From Scyliorhinus canicula (taxonomy: Eukaryota): a DNA stretch of 64,000 bases. A program made the position numbers and the translations under genes. Of the stretch, positions 11,188 to 22,746 are shown piece by piece. The notes under the pieces were generated by a model. The model did no database searches, was not told where the DNA came from, and saw only the letters and a list, made by a program, of their open reading frames with translations. The first letter of the stretch is position 1, and each line of letters begins with the position of its first letter. The stretch spans positions 248,001-312,000 of the forward strand of contig NW_024055476.1 in the NCBI RefSeq assembly GCF_902713615.1, written 5' to 3'.

Positions 11188-11436
11188 GATATGAACCGAT
11201 TGTGCTGGTGGATACATCGCTGCCTCTGGCCCCTTCCTATCACTACTTCTGTAAACAATGCAGTGGTGCAGGAATCTGTATGGCTGCGTCAGCAGATCAT
11301 TTCCTGCATTGAATAAACACGGAAGAACATTAGTTGTTGATCTAAAGTGCAACCACAAATGCTGTGTCTGATTCTATCATATAAACATATAAAGTAGATG
11401 GAATGAGGCAGGAACTCAGAAGTAAATATAATTTAC

Positions 11437-11940
11437 ATGAGTCAAAGAGGACAAAGATCTCAGGGATCGAATGCGAAAATTTGGGAACACGATGCCGATG
11501 ATGTTACAGAGTTAAAGGATCCAGGATTTATCAACAACGACGCAGGCATTATAAAAGATACAGCAAGTGTAAATATGTACATATCGCTGTTGGGAATGCT
11601 GTTCAAACACATGGATGGTTCCGTTACTCTTCTTTCATTTGGTATTAACCTCACAGACAGAGTGTGGGAGGGATTGGGAAAGATGAAGCAGGGATGAAAT
11701 ACAATAATCCTGAGCAGAGACTTTAGCAACTGGAGCAAGTGCACGAGAAACGTTGCCGGGAACAGAATCCATCAATCAGTTTAAGGAAGAAGTGGATAAA
11801 TATCGGACTAGTAACTATAAATTTAAAAATGATGAAATCTATGGAACAAGCAGATAATTAATCAGTGGATAACTCCTTAAGCGAGACAATACAAAATAAT
11901 GGACCGAATTTCCTCTCTTTGGGCTGTAAACCACTATGAT
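11437..11940 (+). mobile_element. Degenerate CR1 LINE 3' fragment
   Basis: Similar to the RT C-terminus and 3' end of the CR1 copies in the window. Confidence 0.6.
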
Positions 11941-12282
11941 TGTAAGATAATCAATGGCTCTGCTCAGTCAGGCAGGAAACAGAGCACTGACTATCTGAAT
12001 CATTGTAACCTGGTGTTACACACAGGAAGTAGAGAGGTTTGGAATCAGTGACGGTTCAAGTGGTCTATGGATTGAGAAACAGCCAATCGCTCAGTGGCAC
12101 CGTGAGTAACGCCAGGTAACGACATTCCATAATAGTCCAATCGGTGACAATGTGGCCCCTCCGTCTCACATTGAGGGGCAGCAAGTCCCAGTCTGGAAAT
12201 CAGACCCGGATTGATCCGCCTTTTGTCCACTTTCATCATCGTGACCAGGAATCCCAGGAAAGAGCTGTTTCCAGCTGGAACT

Positions 12283-12702
12283 ATGAAGCTGCTGATATTG
12301 GGTGAGTTTATTTTCTTATCTGATGCATTGTTTTAACAATCACATAACACCGTGTGGTTATGTGGGTTTTATTTTGTTCCCAGCTGTTCAGTGTGAGGAT
12401 CAGAGCTCCCACCCTGAACAGGCGGTGTCTCGGGAAGGGGATCGGGCTGAACTGAACTGCTGGCTCTCCATTGGTTCTGGCTATTTCGTAGCCTGGTAGA
12501 CAGACACTGACAGAGGCTCCCACATTTATCGCCTCCATTTGCCGGGGGACTGAGACCAAAGGACGCTCCACCCTGTCCTTGGAGAGAACAAAGAAGTCCA
12601 TTTCCATCTGTATAGATGAGAGCACGGTCCAGGACTCCGGAATGTATCTCTGTGCGAAGCAGCCACAGTGACACACAGAGCGGATCCGGCTGGATAATAT
12701 CT
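12283..12702 (+). pseudogene. TCR alpha/delta-type V pseudogene (leader exon 12283-12301, V exon 12384-12663, RSS 12664-12702)
   Basis: MKLLIL + GT..AG intron; ...ELNCWLSIGSGYFVAW, then a 2-nt deletion in the WYRQ motif; downstream frame gives APTFIAS...DSGMYLCAK; CACAGTG + 23 bp + ATAATATCT. Confidence 0.85.
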
Positions 12703-12829
12703 TGTTCTCTGTCGGGTCTCCGCTGCCCGTTACCCTTTCCCCAAACCAGAACCTTTAGAGATGCCGGTGATGGTCATAAATGTTACTTTCCCATGTTCAA
12801 ACTTCTATCTGGACAATCTTCCAACACAA

Positions 12830-13116
12830 GGGCAGCACGGTAGGATTGTGGATAGCACAATGGCTTCACAGCTTCAGGGTCCCAGGTTTGATTCCGGCTT
12901 GGGTCACTGTCTGTACGGAGTCTGCACATCCTCCCCGTGTGTGCAGGTCAGGTGGATTGGCCATGATAAATTGCCCTTAGTGTCCAAAATTGCACTTAGT
13001 GTTGGGTGGGGTTACTGGGTTATTGGGAGGTGTTGACCTTGGGTAGTGTGCTCTTTCCAAGAGCCGGTGCAGACTCGATGGGCCGAATGGCCTCCTTCTG
13101 CACTGTAAATTCTATG
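12830..13116 (+). mobile_element. HE1/V-SINE-type tRNA-derived SINE
   Basis: tRNA-like head gggcagcacggtag..., V-SINE core gttaggtggattggccatg...aaattgccc, CR1-like tail; internal deletion. Confidence 0.85.
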
Positions 13117-13881
13117 ATAAAACATTATAGCTGTTACTAGTAAAGTAAAGCCGCCATAGACCCAAATCAGCACTTTGAGTGGAATGCTGACTGGTGGTGA
13201 TTTAACCGGATGATCACCACATCGTCTGTCGAGGGACAAGGTTGGGAACTCGGGGCTTAGGAATAACGTCTGTTATAGCTGTTATAGGAGATATAGAGGA
13301 ACAGGGCAGGTTAAGTAAAGTTCTCTATTTAATTGTCCCAAACTAAAAAGTTAAGACACAGGCAGAAAATCTGACTCTTCTTTCTCTTTCAAATACTTAG
13401 CTTGACGTGCAAGAGAAAGATAGATAATGAATTATGCAGATAGATAGAAAAATTGATAGTCGGTATATAGATGGTTAGATAGTCATGGGAACGCAGACAG
13501 ACAAATAGAATGGTAGATAAATTCAGTAAGAAGTTCCGAAACAAAGCTGTTGGACTTCAACCTCCTGTGGTAAAACTTCTTACTCTCCCATCCCAGTCCG
13601 GCATCTTCACATCATGATAGATAGACTTAGATTAGCTTATTCAGCCTATATACTCAAGCACTTTATCTATTTCTCCTTGGACATATCGTGATGTTAATTT
13701 TATTTCTGTTTTAACAGCTGTTAATTGTCATTCAGGGACATTTCAGATATCGATATCTCGGGTAACACAATGTCAGACTATCTCGCTTCATCACAACGCT
13801 ACTTTCACTACAAATGACTGGTGCCAGCAGTTCTCCAATCAAGCTCCCGAGTATCTGGTCTCCACACTCGGAGGTTAAAGA

Positions 13882-14095
13882 CAGTAAGAAGTCTTACAAC
13901 ACCAGGTTAAAGTCCAACAGGTTTGTTTCAAACACGAGCTTTCGGAGCACGGCTCCTTCTTCAGGTGAATGGATTCACCTGAAGAAGGAGCCGTGCTCCG
14001 AAAGCTCGTGTTTGAAACAAACCTGTTGGACTTTAACCTGGTGTTGTAAGACTTCTTACTGTGCTCACCCCAGTCCAACGCCGGCATCTCCACAT
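13882..14095. mobile_element. Penelope-like pLTR insertion: perfect 89-bp-arm palindrome, 12-bp TSD GGAGGTTAAAGA
   Basis: Arms 13882-13970 and 13973-14061; TSD at 13870-13881 and 14096-14107. Confidence 0.85.
13976..14010 (+). ncRNA. Minimal type-I hammerhead ribozyme motif (mirror copy 13933-13967 on -)
   Basis: CAC-CTGAAGA-A-GGAGC(cgt)GCTCC-GAAA-GC-TC-GTG: intact catalytic core, stem II, palindromic AGCT stem III. Confidence 0.7.
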
Positions 14096-14754
14096 GGAGG
14101 TTAAAGAGTTCAGGGAAGTTTTAAAGTATCCCTGGACCTTGAGAAAGGCTCCACCACTCTCAGTGTTTACACGGTTGAGCTGACAGACTGTGCGGTGTAT
14201 TACAATGCAGTGAGACACTGTGAAACAAAGAGATGAGAACCCTGTACCCTGCTCACTCGATATGGGGACTGCAGAGACATGTAGCGAATGGGCTTTAGAA
14301 GGGAGTGTGATACAAGCAAAATCAATTAAAAGGTTCTTGCTTATGGATTTAAAACATATACTTTATTCATTCTAATAATCTAATTTGCAGATAATCCGTA
14401 GTAGAAACACGTAAATCATTGGATGATACATTGGCTTACTGCAATTTGGTTCCCGTCATTGTTTGATGTTTAGGGAACCTTCAAGCCTTCCATTCTACCG
14501 AAATTAACATTCCAAATGTATCAGTTGTGGATATATCAGTTTATTTCGTTAAGCTATTTATGCAAATAACAAGTACTTTACAAATGGCGTAGGCACGTCC
14601 GAAGATTGAGGCAAAGGAACTGGCATCAATCCGAAATGGCAAGTGTAGCAAAAGCAATGTAATGGAAAATGCCTCAGATGCGGTAATAAAAACATCAAAG
14701 TAATAAACCCCGTAATAAGTTGCCACAATAAAATCTCCTCAATATTCAAGGATA

Positions 14755-14955
14755 AATATGTGCAGGTTAGGTGGATTGGCCTTGATAAATTGCCCTTAGT
14801 GTCCAAAATTGCCCTTAGTGTTGGGTGGGGTTATTGGGTTATGGGGATAGGGTGGGGGTGTTGATCTTGGGTAGGGTGCTCTTTCCAAGAGCCGGTGCAG
14901 ACTCGATGGGCCGAATGGCCTCTTTCTGCACTGTAAATTTTATAAAATTCTATGA
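14755..14955 (+). mobile_element. V-SINE 3' half
   Basis: V-SINE core and tail identical in pattern to 12830-13116. Confidence 0.8.
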
Positions 14956-14986
14956 AATTGAGAATCGCTATTTCACAGAGAATATT

Positions 14987-15000
14987 CCACTAGATGGCGC
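14987..15000 (+). promoter_or_regulatory. Candidate CTCF site
   Basis: CCACTAGATGGCGC matches the CCASYAGRKGGCRS core. Confidence 0.6.
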
Positions 15001-15393
15001 GCTAGGACATTATCTGTGTCCAAAATTTACAGAGGCGTCAGTTCACCGCCGTAACAGCTGACAGCTGAGGAATACAGGAAATGTGTATGTTTCGTGTCAT
15101 TTCCAGGTAAACGATATGTATTTAGGGCAAGAGCCTATGTATGAATTACAGAAGCTCTGGCACAGAGCACGTTTCTGGGCATGAGGCTCTGGAATCCAGC
15201 CCCACTTCAGGACTTTCTGGTTCGCAGTCTGTTTAAACCGATTGATGATCAGCTTGTAAATTCTTCCAAGATGCGCATTGACAGTTCGTAAGAGCTGGAG
15301 AGTTTTCTGGTCAACCAAACTGCAGGAGACAATTGAAAGCACTGCAGTCAAACATAATCATGGGCCAATGTAATGGAAGCCAATGGCCAACCA

Positions 15394-15407
15394 GCGCCAC
15401 CTGAGGT
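15394..15407 (-). promoter_or_regulatory. Candidate CTCF site (convergent with 14987)
   Basis: Reverse complement ACCTCAGGTGGCGC, partial consensus match. Confidence 0.4.
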
Positions 15408-15770
15408 GATGGTACCTGGAGGATGAGGAGGATGACGGTGGTGACTTAGACAGTGAACAGAATAAATTGTTTTATTCCAATATCACTGGGTGGTCTGACT
15501 AAGAGATTTAACAGGTTTCAAATCAATGTGGTTCCTCAATATATCATAGAGAAAGAGAGAGAGAAAGGGATGTGCACCAATTCGTTGCAGAATGTTCTGG
15601 TTACTATTTGCAACAAGGTCAAAGTACCAGGAAAATACCTAGGCTCTCAAATCCCTTTGCTCAAGCATTAGGATGACAACACTTTCTGTGGGAGAATTAA
15701 ACATTCCCAATGACGTCTGTGTTAATAATATCTCCGACATCACAACACCGACTGTAGTGGAAATCATAGA

Positions 15771-16118
15771 TCATAGAGTTTACAGTGCAGAAGGAGGCCA
15801 TTCGGGCTATCGAGTCTGCACCGGCTCTTGGAAAGAGCACTCTAACCAAGCCCACACCACCCTATCCCCATAACCCAGTAACCCCACTCAACCAACACTA
15901 AGGGCAATTTTGGACATTAAGGGCAATTTAGCATGGCCAATCCACCTAACCTGCACGCCTTTAGACTGTGGGAGGAAACCAGAGCACCCGGAGTAAACCA
16001 CGCACACACGGGGAGGATGTGCAGACTCCACACAGACAGTGACCCAGCCGGGAATCGAACCTGGGACCCTAGAGCTGTGAAGCATTTGTGCTAATCACTG
16101 TGCTACCGTGCTGCCCTA
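15771..16118 (-). mobile_element. Full-length V-SINE
   Basis: Reverse complement of the V-SINE consensus seen elsewhere in the window. Confidence 0.88.
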
Positions 16119-16526
16119 CCTGGAATGAAATGAACGTCCTGAGGTTGAAAAGTGCTTTGGGGCATCCGGAGTCGGTAAAAGGCGCGACATCAGTAAAAAT
16201 ATTTCGCTTACCGAGGAATAATTTACTCCAGGGTTAAATTAATTGTCCTCCTTTTTCCATGGAGATCATTAATTTGTTATTAATTCCCTTTTCTTTATTC
16301 CAGTCTCCTTTTCCCGGATTGGATTAATGAGTGGTCACCACCTCCTGGGATTTTCCAGGATTTTGTCTCCAGTCTGTTGAGAGGTTCTTTCCTCTCAACA
16401 GGACACCGGGAGCCCGTCAGAAACAACAACCGGGAATTTACCGAGGAGACGGTGCATCCCTCAGGGAATGCTGCACTGTCAGTTCCTGGCCTCTGAATAA
16501 TATGTTAAATTGTGGACACTGCCTTC

Positions 16527-16562
16527 CTCCGGAATGTATCTCTGTGCGAAGCAGACACAGTG
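16527..16562 (+). pseudogene. V-segment 3' relic with RSS heptamer
   Basis: ctccggaatgtatctctgtgcgaagcag (SGMYLCAKQ) identical to the end of the 12283 V, then CACAGTG; rest of V and nonamer lost. Confidence 0.7.
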
Positions 16563-16975
16563 AGACATATAACAATGGAGGGATTAAGATCGCATGGCCA
16601 CCATTTCCAAAAAAAGAACAGGAGAAATGCCCTGTCCAATATCCATCCACCAATCACAATTACTGTAACAGCGAGGCTATTAAACATTACTGTGTGGAGT
16701 GATATGCTGGGTCCAATTGGCTGCAAGGTTTTCCACATTTTATTATAACAGTGACGGTGAAACACTTTGGAACCTGAAGCTCGATAAATATTCTAATTTT
16801 CATTCTCGAAACTGTCCTCTTCCATTGCTTTATTTTGGCAATAAATTTATTCGTGTTAAAAATGTATGTTAGAATTGAAAAGTTGAGATATCACCTCGAT
16901 TTCAGGCGCCATTTCAGACTCGCCGCTGATTACCGTGTTTGCCTAACGCTCTGTTATGCTGAATGGCACTTTGAC

Positions 16976-17014
16976 AGTTTTTGTACAGGTTCAGCCCAGC
17001 TCTGTGTCTCTGTG
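16976..17014 (-). other. 23-bp-spacer recombination signal sequence
   Basis: CACAGAG + 23 nt + ACAAAAACT. Confidence 0.92.
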
Positions 17015-17912
17015 GGACTCAGTGCGCAGTAATACACCGCGGAGTCTGTCAGCTCTGTTTTAGACACATTCAGTAGGACGGTGCGGATTGTATCATTGAG
17101 CTCAGCTGAAAAACGGTCCCCTGGGGATCTCTCTGTGTTCCCGATGTATTTACTAATCTGGAGCAGGTACTCCATGGATCCGCTGGGATACTGACGGTAC
17201 CAAAATAGGTAATAATTGTTCGTGCTTGTAGCTGTATAATTGCAGAATAACTTAACATCTTCTCCTTCACGCACTGTGACAGCAGCCGGTGTCTGAGAAA
17301 CGGAATCTCCTCGACAATGTCCTGTAAGAACCCAAAGTGATTTTCAATTAAACAGTGCGAATTCACTGAGTCTATACCGCAGAATCGTCCCGTTATCCTG
17401 AACAATAGCCTCAGAGAGTGATCAGCCAAGACAATAGAAATATATTTTCCACAGCTTAGTGGTTGCAACGGGAAAGTGTTTGGACGGATTAAATAAATCT
17501 TCTATCATAAAGATTCCGGTCTTTCTAACGATGTCCGGTCCTCAGCTTCAGTCACTGTAACTGGAAGCGGAAAGTACTAATGGTCTGTGGGTTTGACAGT
17601 CCGCTGTTTGTCAAGGTCATTCACTAGCAGCAGAGAAGCTTCAATCTCAGCCCAACTCTCCCGCTCTCATTCCCTCGGGAAATGTGCCGACTTCCAGCAA
17701 ACAGTGTTTCCTGTTTAGACCAGCAAGATCCGGATTACCTTTTCAAGTTGGGACAGTCTGTACCTCCGACCACCCACACCCTTGTATTCAGCGACCTGCC
17801 TGACAGAATGTCATGTTGGAAAATCTGTGACATAAAGAGTTGAGCAACTTGTGAACTTACCGGTTAAAAGAGCGGCCGCTGTGAGGGATAAATACACAGT
17901 AACAGGCGACAT
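17015..17912 (-). CDS. TRAV: Apparently functional TCR alpha V segment (leader 17861-17912, intron, V exon 17015-17321)
   Basis: MSPVTVYLSLTAAALLT|G-HCRGDSVSQTPAAVTVREGEDVKLFCNY...LFWYRQ...TDSAVYYCALS; GT-AG phase-1 intron; open frame. Confidence 0.9.
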
Positions 17913-17990
17913 GTTTGCAGAGAGATCGTGGCAGCTTTGAACAGAAATGGTTGAGGCTGAAATTGTTTTCATCAAGAGTTGAGAAGAGGA

Positions 17991-18038
17991 TGAGTCATAA
18001 TCATGAGCCTGCTGATTGGTACATTGCTCGCAACGTCA
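17991..18038 (-). promoter_or_regulatory. Candidate V promoter (CRE half-site, CCAAT, AP-1)
   Basis: TGACGT (18033-18038), CCAAT (18015-18019) and TGACTCA (17991-17997) lie 80-125 bp upstream of the leader ATG. Confidence 0.5.
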
Positions 18039-18571
18039 TCGGGTCACATCCAATTGCCTGTAAGTTCCTTTTCTCTTCAATTCAATCAATGTTCTCACAG
18101 CTCATTGGATCTCCAATTCATCCTGTTGGCGCAGATCGAAAGCAACGAAGTGAATTTGTACATCTCCATGCTGATCCTTAAATAGGTTGACAAAGAACAG
18201 GGTTATTGATAATGTGAGATGAGCAGTTGTTTCGCCCAGAACTAGAACAAATGAAATGCGAATGAATTTGGTGGCCATTGTTGTAAACAATGGGCGTTTG
18301 GATGAGAATTCTGTATTTTGCATGAACATTAGGCCTTGCGAATATCATGCTATACTAAGCCGTCAGCAGCATTAATGTGCAGGATAAGGGGATTAGCCAT
18401 GCGAAAATTGTCCCTCAGTGTCCAAAGATGTGCAGGTTAAGTGGGGTTGCCGGGTTAGGGCTGGGGAGTGGCCGAGGTAGGGTGCTCTTTCAGAGGTCGG
18501 TGCCGACTGGATGGGCAAAATGCCTGAAGCCGCCACTACTGTCAGCCTGACCCCCCCCCCCCCCACCTCAT

Positions 18572-18740
18572 GTCCAGCCTGACCCTCCCATTCCAGTCCA
18601 GCCCGACCCTCCCATTCCAGTCCAGCCCGAGCCTCCCATTCCAGTCCAGCCCGACCCTCCCATTCCAGTCCAGCCCGACCCTCCCATTCCAGGCCAACCC
18701 GACCCTCCCATTCCAGGCCAGCCAGATACCCCACTCAGTC
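18572..18740. repeat. 24-bp minisatellite (about 7 units, gtccagcccgaccctcccattcca)
   Basis: Direct tandem repeats; explains the GLEWEGRA and PTLPFQSS ORFs. Confidence 0.9.
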
Positions 18741-19376
18741 CAACCCCACCTTACTAACTATGGTGCGTTCTGTACCCCTCCAGTCCAGCCTATCTCTCCG
18801 AATCCGGTCCAGCCTGACCCCCCCCCCCCACACTACAGTCCAGCCTGACCGTTCTCCCTCCGATCCCACTCGACTCCTGCAGCTCCCATTCGAACCCGCA
18901 TTCCCTGTTCCAGAAGAGGCCCTATAGTGTGAAGCGACCCCACCTTGTGACCCGATACTCCTCCGGTCTGAGCAGACCCCCTCCCTTGCTGTTCAATCAC
19001 CGCGCCCCCCCCCCCCATCCCCAGTGTGCCCCCCCCCCGTACATCCGATACCCCACCTTGTCTGTCCCACTTACCTTTTTAATTGTCCCTTTAAACACTC
19101 CCCTTCCGGCAGCTCGTGCCGCAAAAATGAGGGCTTCTTACCTCACTGAGCCTCAGCTGCCCCACGCTGGACAAAGATAGATATCTTCTTGATTAATAAG
19201 GGGATCAGGGTTATGACGAATGCAGGGAAATGGGGATGAGAAGCACATCCGCCGTGATTGACCGGCGGAGCAATCGTGATGGGCCAAATGGCCCCATTCT
19301 GCTCCTATGTCTTATGGGCTTATGTTCCAGAAATTGGACAGGTATTTATAAGCGCACATTGCAGTGATTGTCGCTG

Positions 19377-19390
19377 CCGCCAGAGGGCAG
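19377..19390 (+). promoter_or_regulatory. Candidate CTCF site with upstream TGCAGTG module
   Basis: CCGCCAGAGGGCAG preceded by TGCAGTG; degenerate paralogue CCGCCAGAGGACAG at 20120-20133; another match CGGCCAGAGGGCGA at 21211-21224. Confidence 0.6.
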
Positions 19391-19574
19391 TGATATTTAG
19401 TGAAGACAATGTTATGGAGGGAGCCAATGCGGAAACAGAAACATTATTTTAACGCTCATATGTAAATTGAATTTTTAAAAAAGTTATTTATTATCATGTG
19501 TTTTCACTGCTGTTACTGTTGGAATGTTACAAATGTCCGATAGATAGACGAGTTCGCATTTGATGGGATCACGC

Positions 19575-19888
19575 GGGGCAGCAGGGTAGCATGGTGGTTA
19601 GCATAAATACGTCACAGCTCCAGGGTCCCAGGTTCGATTCCCGGCTGGAATCACTGTCTGTGCGGAGTCTGCGCGCTCTCTCCGGGTGCTCTGGTTTCCT
19701 CCCGCAGTCCAAAGATGTGCGGGTTAGGTGGATTAGCCATGCTAAATTGCCCGTAGTGTCTTAAAAAGTAAGGTTAAGGGGGAATTGTTGGGTTACGGGT
19801 ATAGGGTGGATACGTGGGTTTGAGTAGGGTGATCATTGCTCGGCACAACGTCGAGGGCCGAAGGGCCTGTACGGTTCTATGTTCTAAA
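19575..19888 (+). mobile_element. V-SINE variant with (GTTCTAT)n tail
   Basis: tRNA head, V core, CR1-type tail; tail fragment of the same family at 23125-23235 (-). Confidence 0.85.
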
Positions 19889-20366
19889 ATGATATAAGGA
19901 TATTTTTCTTGACAAACGGACTTGCAGGAAGAGTGAGTGAGCAAAAGGCACCGCAATCGTTGGACAGCAGACAGGAAAGTGAGATTTAGTCTCTCCCTCA
20001 GTAAAATAGCTATAACAGGAAGGAGGGAACCTGTTCTCATTCGTGACTATATCGTGAACTGCAACTTGTTGGCAGTTCGTGAATAATTGCACCATGCACC
20101 ATGCACTTACCAGTTCACACCGCCAGAGGACAGTGTGATGTATGAAAAGTATTTAAGGTGATGGTCAGGTGTGTGCTCTCAGTGCGAGCTGGTGTCAATG
20201 TGAAAGGTGGTTAAACCTTAAGGAGTACTCAGCTTACTTAGTTAGATCAACAGCAACACGTGACTAGGTGAACCCGAAGTTAGTGTTTGGTTCCCGGTTA
20301 ATCTTTCAGAATATAGTATTCATCTCCCGGTTCTGAGCCGAGCTCGGTATTCCGTGAGAACTGATA

Positions 20367-20699
20367 ATGCTTCGGGTTCACACATTCATTTTGCTGTGTT
20401 TCACTCTGATCTGCACGGAGGTGACCGGAGAAGATGAGGTGCAGCAGCTCCCTGGGTGGATGGTTGTTAGTGAAGCGGGTAATGTGTCCATGAATTGCTC
20501 CATCAGCATTGCATTTAACATCGTATTCTGGTACAAACAGTACCCGAACCAGGCACCCCAGCATCTGCTGATGGCCACAAGAGGAACCGATCAACACGGG
20601 AGGATTACAGCTTCAATCGGTGGAGACAACAAGCTCAGTATCCTGACTGTGAGAGAGGCGCATGTTACAGAGGCTGCCACCTATCTCTGCGCTGTGAGG
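20367..20699 (+). CDS. TRAV: Apparently functional TCR alpha/delta V segment with leader and V in one exon
   Basis: MLRVHTFILLCFTLICTEVTG-EDEVQQLP...MNCS...VFWYKQYPNQAPQHL...ATYLCAVR, uninterrupted ORF. Confidence 0.9.
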
Positions 20700-20738
20700 C
20701 ACAGTGTAACTAACAGAGGGAGACCCCATACAAAAACC
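20700..20738 (+). other. Perfect 23-RSS
   Basis: CACAGTG + 23 nt + ACAAAAACC. Confidence 0.96.
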
Positions 20739-21539
20739 TGCACCGTCTTACAAACCCGCTTCGCTGTGGCTGCAATATCGGCGTTTCATGAAGCGGGGTG
20801 TTGTATTCCATGGGAAGGGGGAATGAGAACAACACGTATATAGAAGCAGAAGAGTGAAAGAGGGAGAAATATGAAGAGAGTTGGAAATATAGTCGAAGAA
20901 AGAGAAAGTGTTAACATATTACCGGAATGAGTGAAAGAACAGCACAGAACATTCTGTAACAATGAAAAGAGAAGTGGAAAAAAGTGAAAAATAACGAGTG
21001 TGATGCAGAGTTAACGATCAGTTAAAAGCATAAATGAAGTGACTCAGAAATAATGTAAAACGGCCTTAAAAGCATTCAATCTTCCTTGATATTTCGACAT
21101 TTTATGGTTTGAAAAGCGGCTTCTGAAGAAGTGCCATTGGATATTGCTCTATAAGTTAATTTACACCCTTTCCACCGTTCTGCCCATGTAAATCCCTTCC
21201 ACTGGGAACCCGGCCAGAGGGCGAGGTGGTCCCAAAGTATTTCCTGTTATCAACCTCAAACTATCGACAAAGGACTCGCGGTAACACTGCGAGCTGCCGT
21301 CCTGACAACAGCTTGTTCAAACTCTGATACACATTTTCTGCCCTGTGATAGTGGAGATCTTTCCCAGTTTGTTTTTGCTGCCTCAGCTGGGGTCCCGGGA
21401 TCTGTATTTCTGTAACCTTTTCCTGAAATCCACTACGAACATCAAACTGGACTTTTTTTCTGTTTGTCAGGATGTGGTTAGTGCTGGGCCTTCGAACGGT
21501 TACAATTTAGATAAGTGATTTGGACGGTATAGTTGCTCA

Positions 21540-21910
21540 ATCTGCTGACCACAGAGAGAGATGTAGGAAAGTAAATGTTGAAGAGGACCTTAGGGGCCTA
21601 TAAAAGGGCATGGATACGGTAAGTGAATGGACAAAGATCTGGCAAACAGAATATAATGTGGAAAATATGAAATTATTAATTTTGGGAGGTAGACACACAG
21701 AGAAGCTGATTATCTGAGGAATTGCAGTGGACTGAGATTCAGAAGGATCTCGGTTTCCGAGTGCGTGAATCACAAACGCCAGTTTACAGGTGTAGCAAAT
21801 AGTCAGAACATTGTTGTTTATTGTGAGGTGAATTCAGCACAAAAACATGGAAGTTATGCTTCAGTTATAGAGGATATGAGTGGGATCACATCTCGGGTAC
21901 TGTGCAGTAG
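21540..21910 (+). mobile_element. Degenerate CR1 RT fragment
   Basis: Similar to the CR1 RT C-terminal region elsewhere in the window. Confidence 0.6.
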
Positions 21911-22014
21911 GGCATGATTTGTTGCAATTTTCTAATGGTCTCCGACTGTGCCTGTCACCGTGGAGGCTGGATTATTGTTTCTTTGCTGAGCACTAACTGG
22001 AACCCTGACTGTTG

Positions 22015-22052
22015 GGTTTTTGTACGGGACCCGCTATATCTGTAGCAGTGTG
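22015..22052 (-). other. RSS with 22-bp spacer
   Basis: CACACTG + 22 nt + ACAAAAACC. Confidence 0.88.
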
Positions 22053-22557
22053 GGCTGCAAGGCACAAAGATACAGTGCGCGATCAGACATCAGCGTGTTG
22101 TCGATTATTAGCTCGCTAATCTTGGCAGTTTGATTTAAGGTAGCTGAAACGCGATCGGTGATGTCAGGGTGTCTGTAAATGTTTTTCCCCAGAACATGAA
22201 GAATGTATTGTGGAGACTTCCAGGGACTCTGACTGTACCAGTACACATACTGGTTAGAAGTGATTGTCTTCAAGTTGCAGGTTAGTGTCACATTACTTTC
22301 CTCTTCAATCTTTAGTTCAGCATCCGGCTGCTCCACTGTGTCCTGGTGGCTCCAATCTGACGTATAAATTAGATTAAGAGCAACAATCAATATCAGCTTC
22401 AAATTGATCAACCTAATCGTCAACATCACTATTGTTTTCACCAACAATAAATTCAGGGTTACAGCAGCCAGGAGGAGAATGGAATTTTATTGGGAAGGAA
22501 ATACTTACTGAGAACTGAGATAATGATGAGCATCTGAGCGAGCCGGTTCCCCATCAT
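22053..22557 (-). CDS. TRAV: Apparently functional TCR alpha V segment (leader 22509-22557, intron 22357-22508, V exon 22053-22356)
   Basis: MMGNRLAQMLIIISVL|N-WSHQDTVEQ...VTLTC...YVYWYSQ...DRALYLCALQ; GT-AG phase-1 intron. Confidence 0.9.
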
Positions 22558-22746
22558 CCTTCCTGAGTCTGGAACTCTGCAGTGAGAGGAATCCTCTGTC
22601 AGAGACAGAAATACCGATCCCCGTCACACTGCATTGCTCATCCAGCCAATGGCAGAAGCAGAAATGCAGACCCCCGTTTCATTGCACTGCTAATCCAGCC
22701 AATGGCAGCGACAGCAACTTCTCCACTGACACAATTGGGTCAGAGC

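Larger units (their letters stand above)
13718..14222 (+). pseudogene. TCR alpha-type V pseudogene interrupted by a Penelope palindrome
   Basis: After ttaacag acceptor: ...DWCQQFSNQAPEYLV..., then after the insert ...SLDLEKGSTTLSV..ELTDCAVYYNAVR + CACTGTG heptamer (14216-14222); both cysteines lost, nonamer degenerate. Confidence 0.8.

Noticed and set aside
19890-20040. Leader-like MRTGSLLPVIAILLR and SVCQEK on the - strand, a possible further V relic
   Set aside because: No GT donor, and no Cys/Trp framework or RSS recoverable beyond the SINE
22358-22447. Hydrophobic N-terminus of the 137-aa ORF as a second single-exon leader
   Set aside because: It is intron read-through; a proper leader exon with GT-AG sites lies at 22509-22557
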